Source: Mycobacteriales bacterium (lineage in GTDB: Bacteria > Actinomycetota > Actinomycetes > Mycobacteriales > CADCTP01). From it: DNA of 63,828 bases. Positions within the stretch are counted from its first letter, which is position 1; every line of letters begins with the position of its first letter. The position numbers were made by a program, and so were the translations under genes. The stretch is taken from NCBI GenBank assembly GCA_045806925.1, contig JBJMII010000085.1, positions 1 through 63,828 on the forward strand. The letters run 5' to 3'. Shown here one piece after another: positions 18,027 to 28,078 of the stretch. The notes beneath the pieces are model-generated. The model was not told the DNA's origin. It did no database searches and saw nothing but the letters and a program-made list of their open reading frames with translations.

Positions 18027-18854
18027 TCAGGTGAAGGTGTCCTTGCGGACCGCGGTCAGGTGCGGCAGCGGCGGCGGGGTCACACTGGCGCCGCCGTCGA
18101 TCAGCTGGACGGTGCCGGTCACGAACGACGCCCGCTCCCCGGCGAGGAAGGCGATCACCGCGGCGACCTCGTCCGGCTGGGCCAGCCGGCCCAGCGCATT
18201 GTGGCTGCCGATCAGCCGCAGCTGCGCCTCGACGTCGCCGTCCCGGGCCAGCCGGGCGGCCGCCCGCTCCTCCGGCGGGGTACGGGTGATGCCCGGAGCC
18301 AGCACGTTCACGGTGATGCCGTCCCGGCCGACCTCGGCGGCCAGCGACTGGGCGAACCGCACGATCGCGGCCCGGGTCACCCCGGACAGCGCCAGCGGCG
18401 CCACCGGCACCGCGGCCGTCTCCGAGGTGATGAACAGCAGCCGGCCCCAGCCGGCCGCCTTGAGGTGCGGCAGCGCGGCCAGCGCCAGGCTCACCGCGGG
18501 CAGCAGCACCTCGTCCAGCGCGGCCCGGTACTCCGGCAGGTCGAACTGGTCGGCCGTGCCGATCGGCGGGCCGGCCCCGTTGACCACCACCACGTGCAGC
18601 GCGCCGAAATCGGCGGCCACCTCGTCCACCCAGCGGCCGACCGCGGCCGGGTCCCTGATGTCCACGCTGGTCGCGTGCACCCGGCCGCGCGCCACCTCCT
18701 TGAGCTCCCGCCCCGCGGCCGCCAGCCGCTCCGGGTCGCGGGCGCCGATGGCGACGTCGGCGCCCTCGGCGGCCAGCTCGCGGGCGGCGGCCAGGCCCAG
18801 CCCGCTCGACCCGCCGGCGACGAGCGCGACCCTGTTGTGCAGTCCCAGGTCCAC
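18027..18854 (-). CDS. SDR family oxidoreductase (atypical catalytic motif)
   Basis: GGSSGLG; SxxxR (SGVTR) in place of YxxxK; FVTG..IDGG; RBS AAGGAGG. Confidence 0.9.
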   Translation of the reverse strand: MDLGLHNRVALVAGGSSGLGLAAARELAAEGADVAIGARDPERLAAAGRELKEVARGRVHATSVDIRDPAAVGRWVDEVAADFGALHVVVVNGAGPPIGTADQFDLPEYRAALDEVLLPAVSLALAALPHLKAAGWGRLLFITSETAAVPVAPLALSGVTRAAIVRFAQSLAAEVGRDGITVNVLAPGITRTPPEERAAARLARDGDVEAQLRLIGSHNALGRLAQPDEVAAVIAFLAGERASFVTGTVQLIDGGASVTPPPLPHLTAVRKDTFT

Positions 18855-18865
18855 CAGGTCCTCCT

Positions 18866-19831
18866 TCACGTCCGGGTCCGCTGCGCCGCCCGCGCGCCGG
18901 CCGGGATGCCCGAGCCGAAGGTGCCGCGGTACCGGTAGCCGTACCGGGAGAACAACGGCCAGGACAGCGTCACCGCGGCCAGCTTGGCCGAGGCCGGCAG
19001 CGCGGTCCGCCAGGAGTCGTCGGACTCCCGCAGCACGGTCGGGCCGGTGACGAACCGGTCCGGGTTGCCGGTCACCGTGTGGTTGGTGTGCAGCTCGACG
19101 GTGCGGCCGCGCACCGGGTTCGCCGCCGGGTCGGCGCCGCACAGCCGCAGCAGGGAGTCGATCGTGCCGGCCGGATCGGCCATGAAGTCCTCGTACCGGA
19201 GGAAGAGCGAGCGCTCCCGGTGCCGGCGCAGGATGGCGGCCGCCGCCAGGTTGAAGCCGTACCAGTACGCGGTGCTGGTCCGGGACGGCATCACGTAGCA
19301 GTACTGCTTCTCCTGGCTCCACGACTGGGCCACCGCCCGCGGGTCCCGGACCAGGTGCACGAAGTACGTCTCGGTCCCCTCCAGGTACGGCAGCAGCGCC
19401 GCCTCGCCGGGGATCTTGGTGGTGTCCACCACCACCCGGGCACCGGTTCGCTCGGCGGCGGCGTGGTAGACGCGGGTCATCAGCTCCGCATGCGCGCGGA
19501 TGTCGGGGCCGTCCAGTCCCCGGTGGAGCACCCGCCAGGTGTGCCGGGTCCGGACGCAGGACCGCTGCCGCCGGATGACCTCGTCCGCGTGCGCCTCCGG
19601 GGACATCCCGGCCGGCCGGCCCACCGGCAGGATCTGCGACCACACCGGGCACCCGGTCAGGTGCCGGCCGCAGCCGCAGGAGCTGTTCGCGCCGCGGCCG
19701 ACCGAGTTCTTCCACAGGAAGTGCAGCTCGCCGACGTGGAAGAGGCCCGGCACCTCGTTCAGCACGTTGCCGACGATGGTGCTGCCGTTGCGGCACCAGC
19801 CGGTGATGCAGAGGATCGTCAGCGGGTCCAT
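18866..19831 (-). CDS. PAPS-dependent sulfotransferase family protein
   Basis: 5'-PSB-like GWCRNGST, CGCG..C..W, DTTK, 3'-PB LVRDPRAVAQS, LRYEDF. Confidence 0.87.
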   Translation of the reverse strand: MDPLTILCITGWCRNGSTIVGNVLNEVPGLFHVGELHFLWKNSVGRGANSSCGCGRHLTGCPVWSQILPVGRPAGMSPEAHADEVIRRQRSCVRTRHTWRVLHRGLDGPDIRAHAELMTRVYHAAAERTGARVVVDTTKIPGEAALLPYLEGTETYFVHLVRDPRAVAQSWSQEKQYCYVMPSRTSTAYWYGFNLAAAAILRRHRERSLFLRYEDFMADPAGTIDSLLRLCGADPAANPVRGRTVELHTNHTVTGNPDRFVTGPTVLRESDDSWRTALPASAKLAAVTLSWPLFSRYGYRYRGTFGSGIPAGARAAQRTRT

Positions 19832-19843
19832 GGCCTCCCCGGC

Positions 19844-21016
19844 TCAGCTCCCTGACGGCACCGTCGGCACGGACGGCGCCGGCTGGCGGGTCAGGGCGGC
19901 GACGGCGATCGCGGCCGCCGCGCAGGCCGCGCCGAGGACGAAGACCGCGGGGTAGCCGAAACCGGCCGCCACCGCCCCGGTCACCGGCCCGCCGACGATC
20001 AGGCCGAGCTCCCAGAAGGACGTGTACGCCCCGATCGCCGCGCCCTGCTTCGCCTTGTCGGTGCGGTCGAGCACCATCAGCGCCAGCGACGGGTGCAGCA
20101 GCGAGAAGCCCACCCCCATCACCAGGCCGCCGAGCACGGCGACCGGGAGGTTGGGCGCGACCGCGATGACCAGCAGGCCGACCGCCTCGCCGGCCGCGGA
20201 CCAGGTCGCCACCCGGCGGGGGCCGAGCTTGTCCGGCAGGTGCCCGATGACCAGCCGGGTCCCGGCGTAGACGGCGCTGAAGCAGGTCAGCACGGCGACC
20301 CCGGAGTGGACGCCGCGGGCGTCCAGGTGCAGGACCACGAAGGCGGCCAGTCCGGCGTACCCGACGGCGGCGAGCGCGAGCGCGGTCCCCGGCACCACCG
20401 CGGGCCGCAGCAGCAGGCGGCGGCCGCCGGGCTGGCCGGAGCCGGCACCGCCGGCCGCCGCCGGCACCGAGCTGATCAGCAGCAGCCCGAGCAGCGGCGC
20501 GGCCAGGCTGAAGGCCCAGACCGCCGAGTAGTCGATCCGCTCCAGCAACGCGCCGATGAAGGTGCCGGCCGAGATCCCGCCCCACATGCTGACCCCGTAC
20601 AGCCCGATCAGCTGGCCGCGGCGCTCGTGCGGCGCGATCGACACCGTCCACACCGCACCGGCGGTGAACAGCGACGCCTCGCCGACGCCGAGCAACAGCC
20701 GGACCAGCAGCAGCCCGGGCAGGCCGAACGGCAGGAAGTAGAGCAGCCCGCCGGTCGCCACGACCAGCGCGCCGAGCTGCATGACCCGGCGGTGGCCGTA
20801 CCGGTCGGCGAGGCCGCCGGCGACCGGCCGGACCAGCAGCGCGGTCACCGCGGTCGCGGTGACCACCAGCCCGACCACCACGTTGCCGCCGTCCAGCCGC
20901 TGCCGGACGAAGCCGGGCAGCACCGGGATGACCGCGGCCAGCCCGAGGTAGCCGCAGAACAGCCCGCCGAAGATGCCGACCAGGGCGAGCCGGGGGATCG
21001 CCGGCCGGTCGCTCAC
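19844..21016 (-). CDS. MFS transporter
   Basis: GGLADRYGHRR motif A and multiple TM segments; GTGA overlap. Confidence 0.92.
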   Translation of the reverse strand: MSDRPAIPRLALVGIFGGLFCGYLGLAAVIPVLPGFVRQRLDGGNVVVGLVVTATAVTALLVRPVAGGLADRYGHRRVMQLGALVVATGGLLYFLPFGLPGLLLVRLLLGVGEASLFTAGAVWTVSIAPHERRGQLIGLYGVSMWGGISAGTFIGALLERIDYSAVWAFSLAAPLLGLLLISSVPAAAGGAGSGQPGGRRLLLRPAVVPGTALALAAVGYAGLAAFVVLHLDARGVHSGVAVLTCFSAVYAGTRLVIGHLPDKLGPRRVATWSAAGEAVGLLVIAVAPNLPVAVLGGLVMGVGFSLLHPSLALMVLDRTDKAKQGAAIGAYTSFWELGLIVGGPVTGAVAAGFGYPAVFVLGAACAAAAIAVAALTRQPAPSVPTVPSGS

Positions 21017-22353
21017 CGGGCCGCCGCCACCCGGCGGACCGCCTCGACCAGCTGGTCGCAGTCGGCCAGCTCCAGTGTGGACGACAGCGGGACGTCCACC
21101 GCGTCCTGCAGGTGGCGGGTGGTCGCCGGCAGCAGCGCCTGGATGGCCGGCACGTCCATGTCGCCGAAGAGGAACCGCCAGTTCCAGAAGACCCGCACGT
21201 TGGTGTCCGCGCCGGAGCCGAGGTTGCGCGCGTCGATGCCCTCCCGGCACAGCGCGTGCGCGAACCACTCCGCGTCCCCGTCCGGGACCCGGAAGATGAA
21301 CGCCTCGCCGAGGAACGCCCCGGGCGCCACCGGCCGGCGGATCGCGATCTGCGGCACGTCCGCGAGCGCCGCGGCGACGTAGTCGTAGTTGCGGTGGAAG
21401 AGGCCCAGCCGGATCGGCAGCCGGGTCAGCTCGGCCCGCAGCAGCGCGGCCCGGATCTCGTCCATCCGGAAGTTGTACAGCGGCAGGTCCAGGTCGGAGC
21501 CGATGGGCGGGGCCCCGTCCGGGAAGTGCCGGCGCAGCCGCCCCTCGTACGCGCCGGACAGCACCACGGCCCGGGCGAACAGGGCGCTGTCGTCGGTGAC
21601 CAGGAAGCCGCCCTCGCCGCAGTTCAGCGCCTTGTCCGACTGCGTGCTGAAGGCGCCGGCCAGGCCGAACGTGCCGAGCTTGCGGCCGCCCAGCTCCGCG
21701 CCGAGCGCCGGCACCGCGTCCTCGATCAGCGGCACGCCCATCTCCGCGGCGAAGCTGATCAGCGCCTCCATGTCGGCGGCGAAGCCGCGCATGTGCACGA
21801 CCACGATGGCCCGGACCTCCGGAGTCCAGCGGCGGCGCAGGTCGGCGACGTCGAGGTGCAGGTTCTCGTCCACCTCGACCAGCAGCGGCCGGCAGCCGGC
21901 CAGCACGATCGCGCTCGGGGTGGCCACGAAGGTGAAGCCCGGACAGGCGACCTGCGAGCCGGCCGGCACCCCGGCGCCCATCAGCGCGAGCGCGAGCGCG
22001 GTGGTGCCGCTGGAGACCGCCAGCGCGTGCCGGCTGCCGAAGTACGCGCTCAGCTCGTCCTCCAGCTGGCCGCACTCGGTGTCCTGCTGGGCCCGGCAGT
22101 CGTAGCGGAAGTAGAGGTGGCTGCGGATCGCCCGCAGCGCCGCCGCCTCGTCCTCCGCGTGCACGAAGACCGCGCCCTTGTCGTACGTCGGCCACGGCGC
22201 CGTCCGGACCGGGGTCCCCCCGTCGACGGCGAGCCGGGTACGCTGGCCGCCGCGCAGTGGCCGAGTTGAGATCGCTACCTCGTCAGACTTTTCGATCCGA
22301 TCCAACGCCCGAACTCCAAGATCGTCTTGTTCGGCGCCGCGAGCTGCTGTCAC
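21013..22353 (-). CDS. DegT/DnrJ/EryC1/StrS PLP aminotransferase
   Basis: AVSSGT, FTFVAT, VVHMRG, IEDA, FSTQSDKALNCGEGG (PLP Lys). Start uncertain. Confidence 0.9.
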   Translation of the reverse strand: MTAARGAEQDDLGVRALDRIEKSDEVAISTRPLRGGQRTRLAVDGGTPVRTAPWPTYDKGAVFVHAEDEAAALRAIRSHLYFRYDCRAQQDTECGQLEDELSAYFGSRHALAVSSGTTALALALMGAGVPAGSQVACPGFTFVATPSAIVLAGCRPLLVEVDENLHLDVADLRRRWTPEVRAIVVVHMRGFAADMEALISFAAEMGVPLIEDAVPALGAELGGRKLGTFGLAGAFSTQSDKALNCGEGGFLVTDDSALFARAVVLSGAYEGRLRRHFPDGAPPIGSDLDLPLYNFRMDEIRAALLRAELTRLPIRLGLFHRNYDYVAAALADVPQIAIRRPVAPGAFLGEAFIFRVPDGDAEWFAHALCREGIDARNLGSGADTNVRVFWNWRFLFGDMDVPAIQALLPATTRHLQDAVDVPLSSTLELADCDQLVEAVRRVAAAR

Positions 22354-22501
22354 GGTGTCGGTGTCCGGTTCAGTGTTTACCCAATGATGCCCATCAGGGG
22401 AACCTCAATCACCTTGCAGTCTGCTGTGAGGGGACTACCTACAGCCACTTGGACGGGCCGGCGACCGGCCACGCTCGCCGAGACCCGGCTCGGCCCGCCG
22501 G

Positions 22502-22675
22502 TCAGTGCGGGATCTGGGTGAGGCCGGCCACGCTCTGCAGCCCGTACGAGACCGGGTAGTAGCGGTGGTCGTCGGCGGCGACGTACGTGGTGCTCCACCG
22601 GCCGGCCGCGTCCGCGGTCAGCGTCCGGCGCTTGACGTAGCCGACCTCCGTCCGCCGGTGGAACCAGACCTCGAA
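22502..22675 (-). pseudogene. Orphan 3' gene fragment
   Basis: Frame reads *FEVWFHRRTEVGYVKRRTLTADAAGRWSTTYVAADDHRYYPVSYGLQSVAGLTQIPH* with strongly GC3-biased codons and no usable start. Confidence 0.5.
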
Positions 22676-22758
22676 CTACTCGATCGCCTCGCTGACCGCC
22701 TGACGGCCTGACCGGATGGGCCGGGCCGACCACCCGGCCCGCCCCCGGCCGTCGCTGC

Positions 22759-23862
22759 TCAGCGGCGGCCGAGGGCCAGCGCGGCCGCGACGCCGGCGTG
22801 GTCGGAGGGCCACAGCCCGAAGGGCGCGCCCGGCAGCGGCGGGGTGCGGTCGCGCTGCTGCTCACCCAGCACGGTCGCGGCCGTCGCCCGCAGGCCGACC
22901 GGCTGGTAGAGCACGTAGTCGATCCGGTGGTCGAGCAGCGACTCCGGCAGGTTCAGGTCGTCGGTCTGCCCCGAGGTGAAGCCGCCGTCCGGCCCGTGCA
23001 CCTCCACCCAGGCGTCCGCCAGGTGCAGCGCGCCGGTGAGGATCCCGTACGCGCCGGTGCTGTCGTCCGGCCGGGAGTTGAGGTCGCCGACCAGCACGAC
23101 CGGCAGCGGCGACCCGGCCAGCAGGGCGGCCAGCTCCTGCGCCTGCAGGGCGCGCACGCCGGCGTGGAAGGCCTCGAGGTGGGTGTCGACGAAGCGGACC
23201 GGCTTGCCCAGCACCTGCACGTCCACCGACGCCCAGCCGCGCACGATCGGGGCACCGCCGAGCAGCGGGTTGGGCAGCGGCAGCGCCGCCGCGTACAGGG
23301 CGGCCTGCGGGTTGGACACCCGCACCGCCGGGTGCTGGTCGGCCCGGACCAGGATCACGTCCCGGTCGGTGAAACGGGCCAGCCCGCCGCTGGCCAGCGG
23401 CACCGCCGGGCTCTGGAAGTTGCGGCTGACCGCCACCGGCTGGTAGCGCTCGCCGCGGGCGGCCAGCGCGTCGAGCAGGATCTGCTGGAAGTCGTACACC
23501 GGCTGCAGCGTCGCCGGCGTGCTGCCGCGCTCCCACAGCACGACCTCCTGCAGGCCGACCAGGTCGGGGTCGGACCCGTCGATGAGCTTGGCGATCGCCT
23601 GCGCCCGCACCCGGAAGTCGACCTGCTCGACGTGGTCCCAGACCGCCTGGGTCAGCCCGGCCACCGTCTCCGGCGTCGCGGCGAACAGCGGCTGCAGGTT
23701 GGCCCCGAGGTAGAGGTTGTACGTTGCGACCTGGAGCTGGCGCTGCCCCGGCCACGAGGCGGACGCCGTCGAGGCGGTGGCCGCCGGCGCCACCAGAGTG
23801 ACCAGCAGGACGGCGAGGACGCGCAGGACCGCCCGCACCGGGCGCGAGGACGTGACGGACAT
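22759..23862 (-). CDS. Secreted endonuclease/exonuclease/phosphatase family protein
   Basis: Signal peptide; TYNL, GLQEV, THLE, VGDLNS, RIDYV, SDHAG. Confidence 0.9.
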   Translation of the reverse strand: MSVTSSRPVRAVLRVLAVLLVTLVAPAATASTASASWPGQRQLQVATYNLYLGANLQPLFAATPETVAGLTQAVWDHVEQVDFRVRAQAIAKLIDGSDPDLVGLQEVVLWERGSTPATLQPVYDFQQILLDALAARGERYQPVAVSRNFQSPAVPLASGGLARFTDRDVILVRADQHPAVRVSNPQAALYAAALPLPNPLLGGAPIVRGWASVDVQVLGKPVRFVDTHLEAFHAGVRALQAQELAALLAGSPLPVVLVGDLNSRPDDSTGAYGILTGALHLADAWVEVHGPDGGFTSGQTDDLNLPESLLDHRIDYVLYQPVGLRATAATVLGEQQRDRTPPLPGAPFGLWPSDHAGVAAALALGRR

Positions 23863-24068
23863 GGAACCCCCAGAAAGCGACCGGACGGGATGACCAGGCC
23901 CAGACCCTATCGGGCCCGGCCTCACCATGCGCCCCATTCGAGAGGTTCGCGCCGCGCCGGCCTCCGCCGTGCTGGCTGACGGCCCGAGCCGGCGCGGCCG
24001 TACGGTCTGGGCAGGCGGGCACGGGCCCGGGTGGGCCCGGTAGCGGCGTCCTGGTGAGGTGATGCGAC

Positions 24069-25958
24069 GTGTCAGGTGCGGAGCCGGCCGGTCCCGGGCC
24101 GCGGCCCGGACCGGTCCACCCGCGACCCCAGCTGGCCCGGCGGAGGTGGACGGACCTGTGCGGGAGCTGGGGCTTCGCCTACGACGACGAGGACGTGGGC
24201 CTGGACGAGGGCTGGCCGGAGCGGGCCGACGTCTTCTCCCGGCGGATCCGGGTGCCGTTCCCGCCGGAGTCCCCGGCCAGCGGGATCGCCGAGCCGGGCT
24301 TCCACCCGGTGGTCTGGTACCGGCGGACGTTCAGCGCGCGGCCCCGGCCCGGGGAGCGCCTGCTGCTGCACTTCGGCGCGGTGGACTACCGGGCGTCGGT
24401 GTGGGTGAACGGCCGGCACGCCGTCGACCACGAGGGCGGCCACACGCCGTTCCGGGCGGACGTCACGGCACTGCTCGCCGACGCCGACGAGCAGGTGCTG
24501 ACGGTGCGGGCGGAGGACCTCCCGGCCGACCTGACCCAGCCGCGCGGCAAGCAGGACTGGCAGGAGCGGCCGCACAGCGTCTGGTACGAGCGGACGACGG
24601 GCATCTGGCAGCCGGTCTGGCTGGAGCCGGTCCCGGCGGCCCGGATCGAGACGCTGCGCTGGACCCCGGACCTCGACCGGCGGGTGCTGGGCCTGACCGC
24701 GCGGGTCTCTCCGGCGGCCGCCCGGCTCGCCGACCCGCGGCTGCGGGTGCGGCTCTCGCTGCGCGGCGAGGTGCTCACGGAGGACACGTACGCGCTCGGC
24801 TCGACCATGACCCGGCAGCAGATCGGTCTCGACGCGGCGCGGATCGCGCACGACCGGCGCAGCTACCTCTGGGCGCCGGAGCACCCGAACCTCCTCGACG
24901 CGGCCGTCGCCCTGCTGGACGGGACCACCGTGCTGGACGAGGTGGACAGCTACGCCGGTCTGCGGGACGTGTCGGTCTCCGGCGGCCGGCTGCTGCTCAA
25001 CGGGCGGCCGCTGTTCCTGCGGATGGTGCTCGCGCAGAACTACTGGCCGCAGTCCCACCTCGCCGCCCCGCACCCGGACGCGCTGCGCCGGGAGGTCGAG
25101 CTGGTCAAGGAGCTCGGGTTCAACGGGGTGCGGGTGCACCAGAAGGTCGAGGACCCGCGGTTCCTGCACTGGTGCGACGTGCTCGGTGTCGCGGTGTGGA
25201 CGGAGCTGCCGAGCGCGTACGTCTTCGACGAGGTCGGGCTGACCCGGCTGGTCCGCGAGTGGACCGAGGTCCTGGCCCGCGACGCCGGGTCGCCCGCGGT
25301 GATCGCCTGGGTGCCCTTCAACGAGAGCTGGGGGCTGCCTCAGCTGCCCGGTGACGCGGCGCAGCGGCACGCGGTGCGCGCGCTCTACTCGGTCACCAAG
25401 GCCCTCGACCCGAGCCGGCCGGTGATCGGCAACGACGGCTGGGAGCACGTCGTCTCCGACATCCTGACCGTGCACGACTACAGCCAGTCGGGCCAGACGC
25501 TCCGCGAGCGCTACGGCAGCTACCCGGCGGTGCAGCACACCCTGCAGCGGATCCAGCCGTACCACCGGTCGATCCTGCTGCCCGAGCTGACGCCCGGGGA
25601 GGAACCGCTGATGCTCACCGAGTTCGGCGGGATCACCTACCGGCCCGACTCGGACGAGTTCTGGAACGGCTACGGCGCGGTGGACGACCCGGACCAGCTC
25701 TGCGCCCGCTACGCCGAGCTGGTCGGCGCGCTGCAGGCCAGCCCGGTGCTCGCCGGCTTCTGCTACACCCAGCTCACCGACACCGCACAGGAACGCAACG
25801 GCCTGCTCTACGCCGACCGCACCCCCAAGGTGGCACCGGCCGAGATCGCCCGGCTCAACCGCCGGCCGACCGCGTCGGTACCGGGCGACGCCATCGCCGA
25901 GATCCAGCTCGTGCACGGCCGGAGCCGCGGCGCTCCCCCGCCAGCCGCTCGCAGCTGA
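24069..25958 (+). CDS. Glycoside hydrolase family 2
   Basis: LHFGAVDY, GIWQPVWLE, GFNGVRVHQK, FNESWG, LTEFGG. Confidence 0.92.
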   Translation: MSGAEPAGPGPRPGPVHPRPQLARRRWTDLCGSWGFAYDDEDVGLDEGWPERADVFSRRIRVPFPPESPASGIAEPGFHPVVWYRRTFSARPRPGERLLLHFGAVDYRASVWVNGRHAVDHEGGHTPFRADVTALLADADEQVLTVRAEDLPADLTQPRGKQDWQERPHSVWYERTTGIWQPVWLEPVPAARIETLRWTPDLDRRVLGLTARVSPAAARLADPRLRVRLSLRGEVLTEDTYALGSTMTRQQIGLDAARIAHDRRSYLWAPEHPNLLDAAVALLDGTTVLDEVDSYAGLRDVSVSGGRLLLNGRPLFLRMVLAQNYWPQSHLAAPHPDALRREVELVKELGFNGVRVHQKVEDPRFLHWCDVLGVAVWTELPSAYVFDEVGLTRLVREWTEVLARDAGSPAVIAWVPFNESWGLPQLPGDAAQRHAVRALYSVTKALDPSRPVIGNDGWEHVVSDILTVHDYSQSGQTLRERYGSYPAVQHTLQRIQPYHRSILLPELTPGEEPLMLTEFGGITYRPDSDEFWNGYGAVDDPDQLCARYAELVGALQASPVLAGFCYTQLTDTAQERNGLLYADRTPKVAPAEIARLNRRPTASVPGDAIAEIQLVHGRSRGAPPPAARS

Positions 25959-26030
25959 GCCGGAGCGCGCCACCAGGTGCCGCACGCCAGGGCTCGCACC
26001 GCAATCTCTACTGGATTAGCGTGCAGGCCC

Positions 26031-26519
26031 GTGACCGTCACCGACGAGCTGCTCGCCAACAACGCGACCTACGCCGCCTCCTTCTCCGGTCCGCTGCCAC
26101 TGCCGCCGGCCCGGCACCTCGCCGTCGTGGCCTGCATGGACGCGCGGCTGAACGTCTACCGCATCCTCGGCCTCGGCGACGGCGACGCACACGTCATCCG
26201 CAACGCCGGCGGCGTCGTCACCGACGACGCGATCCGCTCCCTGGCGATCAGCCAGCGGCTGCTCGGCACCACCGAGGTCATCCTGATCCACCACACCGAG
26301 TGCGGCATGCTCACCTTCACCGACGACGACTTCAAGGCCGCGATCGCCGCCGAGACCGGCATCAAGCCGCACTGGTCCGCGGAGTCGTTCGCGGACCTGG
26401 AGGCCGACGTCCGGCAGTCGATCGCCCGGATCACCGCCAGCCCGTTCGTGCCGCGCAAGGAGTCGGTGCGCGGCTTCGTCTTCGACGTCGGCACCGGCCG
26501 GCTCACCGAGGTGTCCTGA
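26031..26519 (+). CDS. Beta-class carbonic anhydrase
   Basis: ACMDARL, IRNAGG, HHTECG Zn ligands. Confidence 0.94.
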   Translation: MTVTDELLANNATYAASFSGPLPLPPARHLAVVACMDARLNVYRILGLGDGDAHVIRNAGGVVTDDAIRSLAISQRLLGTTEVILIHHTECGMLTFTDDDFKAAIAAETGIKPHWSAESFADLEADVRQSIARITASPFVPRKESVRGFVFDVGTGRLTEVS

Positions 26520-26557
26520 CCGGTCGGACCGGGCCGCCGGGTCGCCGACGGGGGCGG

Positions 26558-27577
26558 TCACGGCCGGCCCGCCGCACTGCCGACGTGCAGGACGGCCGCG
26601 CCGCTGAAGCGGCCGTGGGCCAGGTCGCGCAGCGCCTCGTCGGCGCGGTCGAAGGCGTACGGCACCGTGGTCGCGGTGATCCGGTGCCGGGCGGCGAGGG
26701 TGAGGAACTCCTCGCCGTCCGCCCGGGTGTTGGCCGTGACGCTGCGCAGGCGGCGCTCCTGGAAGAGCTCGTCCGCGTACGTCAGGCCCGGGACGGCGGA
26801 CAGCCAGATCCCGGCGACGGCCAGCGTGCCGCCGCGGTCGAGCGCCCGCAGCGCGACCGGGACGAGCTCGCCGGCGGGCGCGAAGAGCACCGCGCCGTCC
26901 AGCGGCTCCGGCACCGGGTCGGCCGACTCCCCCGCCGAGTCGGCACCGAGCCGGAGCGCCAGCCGCCGGTTGCCCTCGCCGCGGGTGCGCACGTGCACCC
27001 GCATGCCCTCGGCCAGCGCGAGCTGCGCGGCCAGGTGCGCCGAGCCGCCGAAGCCGTAGATCCCCAGCCGGCCGCCGGGCGGCACCGCGGCGGCCCGCAG
27101 CGCGCGGTAGCCGATGATCCCGGCGCACAGCAGCGGCGCGGCCTGCTCGTCGTCGACACCGGCCGGCAGCGCGTACGCGTACTCCTCCCGTACCAGGCAC
27201 GCCTCGGCGTACCCGCCGTCGACGTGCCAACCGGTGAAGGTCGGCTGCAGGCACAGGTTCTCCGCGCCGCGCCGGCAGAACCGGCACGAGGAGTCCGTGC
27301 CGCCCAGCCAAGGCACCCCGACCCGCTCGCCCACCGGGAAGCGGACCGCCCCGGGTCCCCGCGCCTCGACCACGCCGACGACCTCGTGGCCGGGCGTGAC
27401 ATCGGGCCGCACCGGCGGCAGCTCCCCCTCGGCGAGGTGCAGGTCGGTCCGGCACACCCCGCAGGTGCTGACCCGCACCCTGACCTGCCCGGGTCCCGGC
27501 TCCGGCAGCACCCGCCGCACCGGTCGCAGCGGCCCGCCGTCGACCGGCCCCGGCCGTGCCACCACCCAAGCCCGCAC
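26558..27577 (-). CDS. Zn-binding alcohol dehydrogenase family protein
   Basis: CRTDLH, GHE, CRFC..ENLC, GFGGSA; TACCGT 6 nt before the GTG. Confidence 0.92.
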   Translation of the reverse strand: MRAWVVARPGPVDGGPLRPVRRVLPEPGPGQVRVRVSTCGVCRTDLHLAEGELPPVRPDVTPGHEVVGVVEARGPGAVRFPVGERVGVPWLGGTDSSCRFCRRGAENLCLQPTFTGWHVDGGYAEACLVREEYAYALPAGVDDEQAAPLLCAGIIGYRALRAAAVPPGGRLGIYGFGGSAHLAAQLALAEGMRVHVRTRGEGNRRLALRLGADSAGESADPVPEPLDGAVLFAPAGELVPVALRALDRGGTLAVAGIWLSAVPGLTYADELFQERRLRSVTANTRADGEEFLTLAARHRITATTVPYAFDRADEALRDLAHGRFSGAAVLHVGSAAGRP

Positions 27578-27581
27578 CGGG

Positions 27582-27968
27582 TCACGGTAGAGGACCCGGG
27601 CCACCCCGCCCGGCCGCCGCCCCGGAGGTCTCCCCCATGGGGTGGGTGATGGCATCGCCGGTGATGTCGACGGTGAGCCGGTCGACGAGGCCGGTGATGC
27701 GGACGAGCCGGTCCAGCTCGGCCGGCACGCCGCGCAGCCGCAGCGAGTTTCCCCCGGTCGAGGCCGCCCGCTGGACGACGGTCAGCACGGCGACGCCGGC
27801 GGAGTCCATCGCGGTCACCGAGCCGAGGTCCACCACGACCAGCCGGGCCTCGCCGAGCGCACGCAGCAGCACGTCCCGGAGCTGGGCGGACGTCCGGGTG
27901 TCCACTTCTCCGGCGACGGCGACCCACACCTCGCGGTCGAGCCGGACCGACCGGATCTCGACGCCCAC
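27582..27968 (-). CDS. STAS domain anti-anti-sigma factor
   Basis: VAGEVD, VVDLGSVTAMDSAG (phospho-Ser motif), ITGL; RBS GGAGGAGG. Confidence 0.88.
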   Translation of the reverse strand: MGVEIRSVRLDREVWVAVAGEVDTRTSAQLRDVLLRALGEARLVVVDLGSVTAMDSAGVAVLTVVQRAASTGGNSLRLRGVPAELDRLVRITGLVDRLTVDITGDAITHPMGETSGAAAGRGGPGPLP

Positions 27969-28078
27969 GGCACCTCCTCCCGGGGCGGCTCGTCCCGGGC
28001 TCTCGGGGGAGGGACCCCGGGACGAGCCGTCGGCAGAGGGACCTCGCCCCCGGGCCGGCATGACGGCATGCTGGGTGC

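Noticed and set aside
18027..20651. 874-aa SDR fusion (likewise the extended ORFs 19844-22195, 54048-56573 and 52122-54023)
   Set aside because: The N-terminal extensions are off-frame overlaps of neighbouring genes; internal starts have RBS or coupling support.
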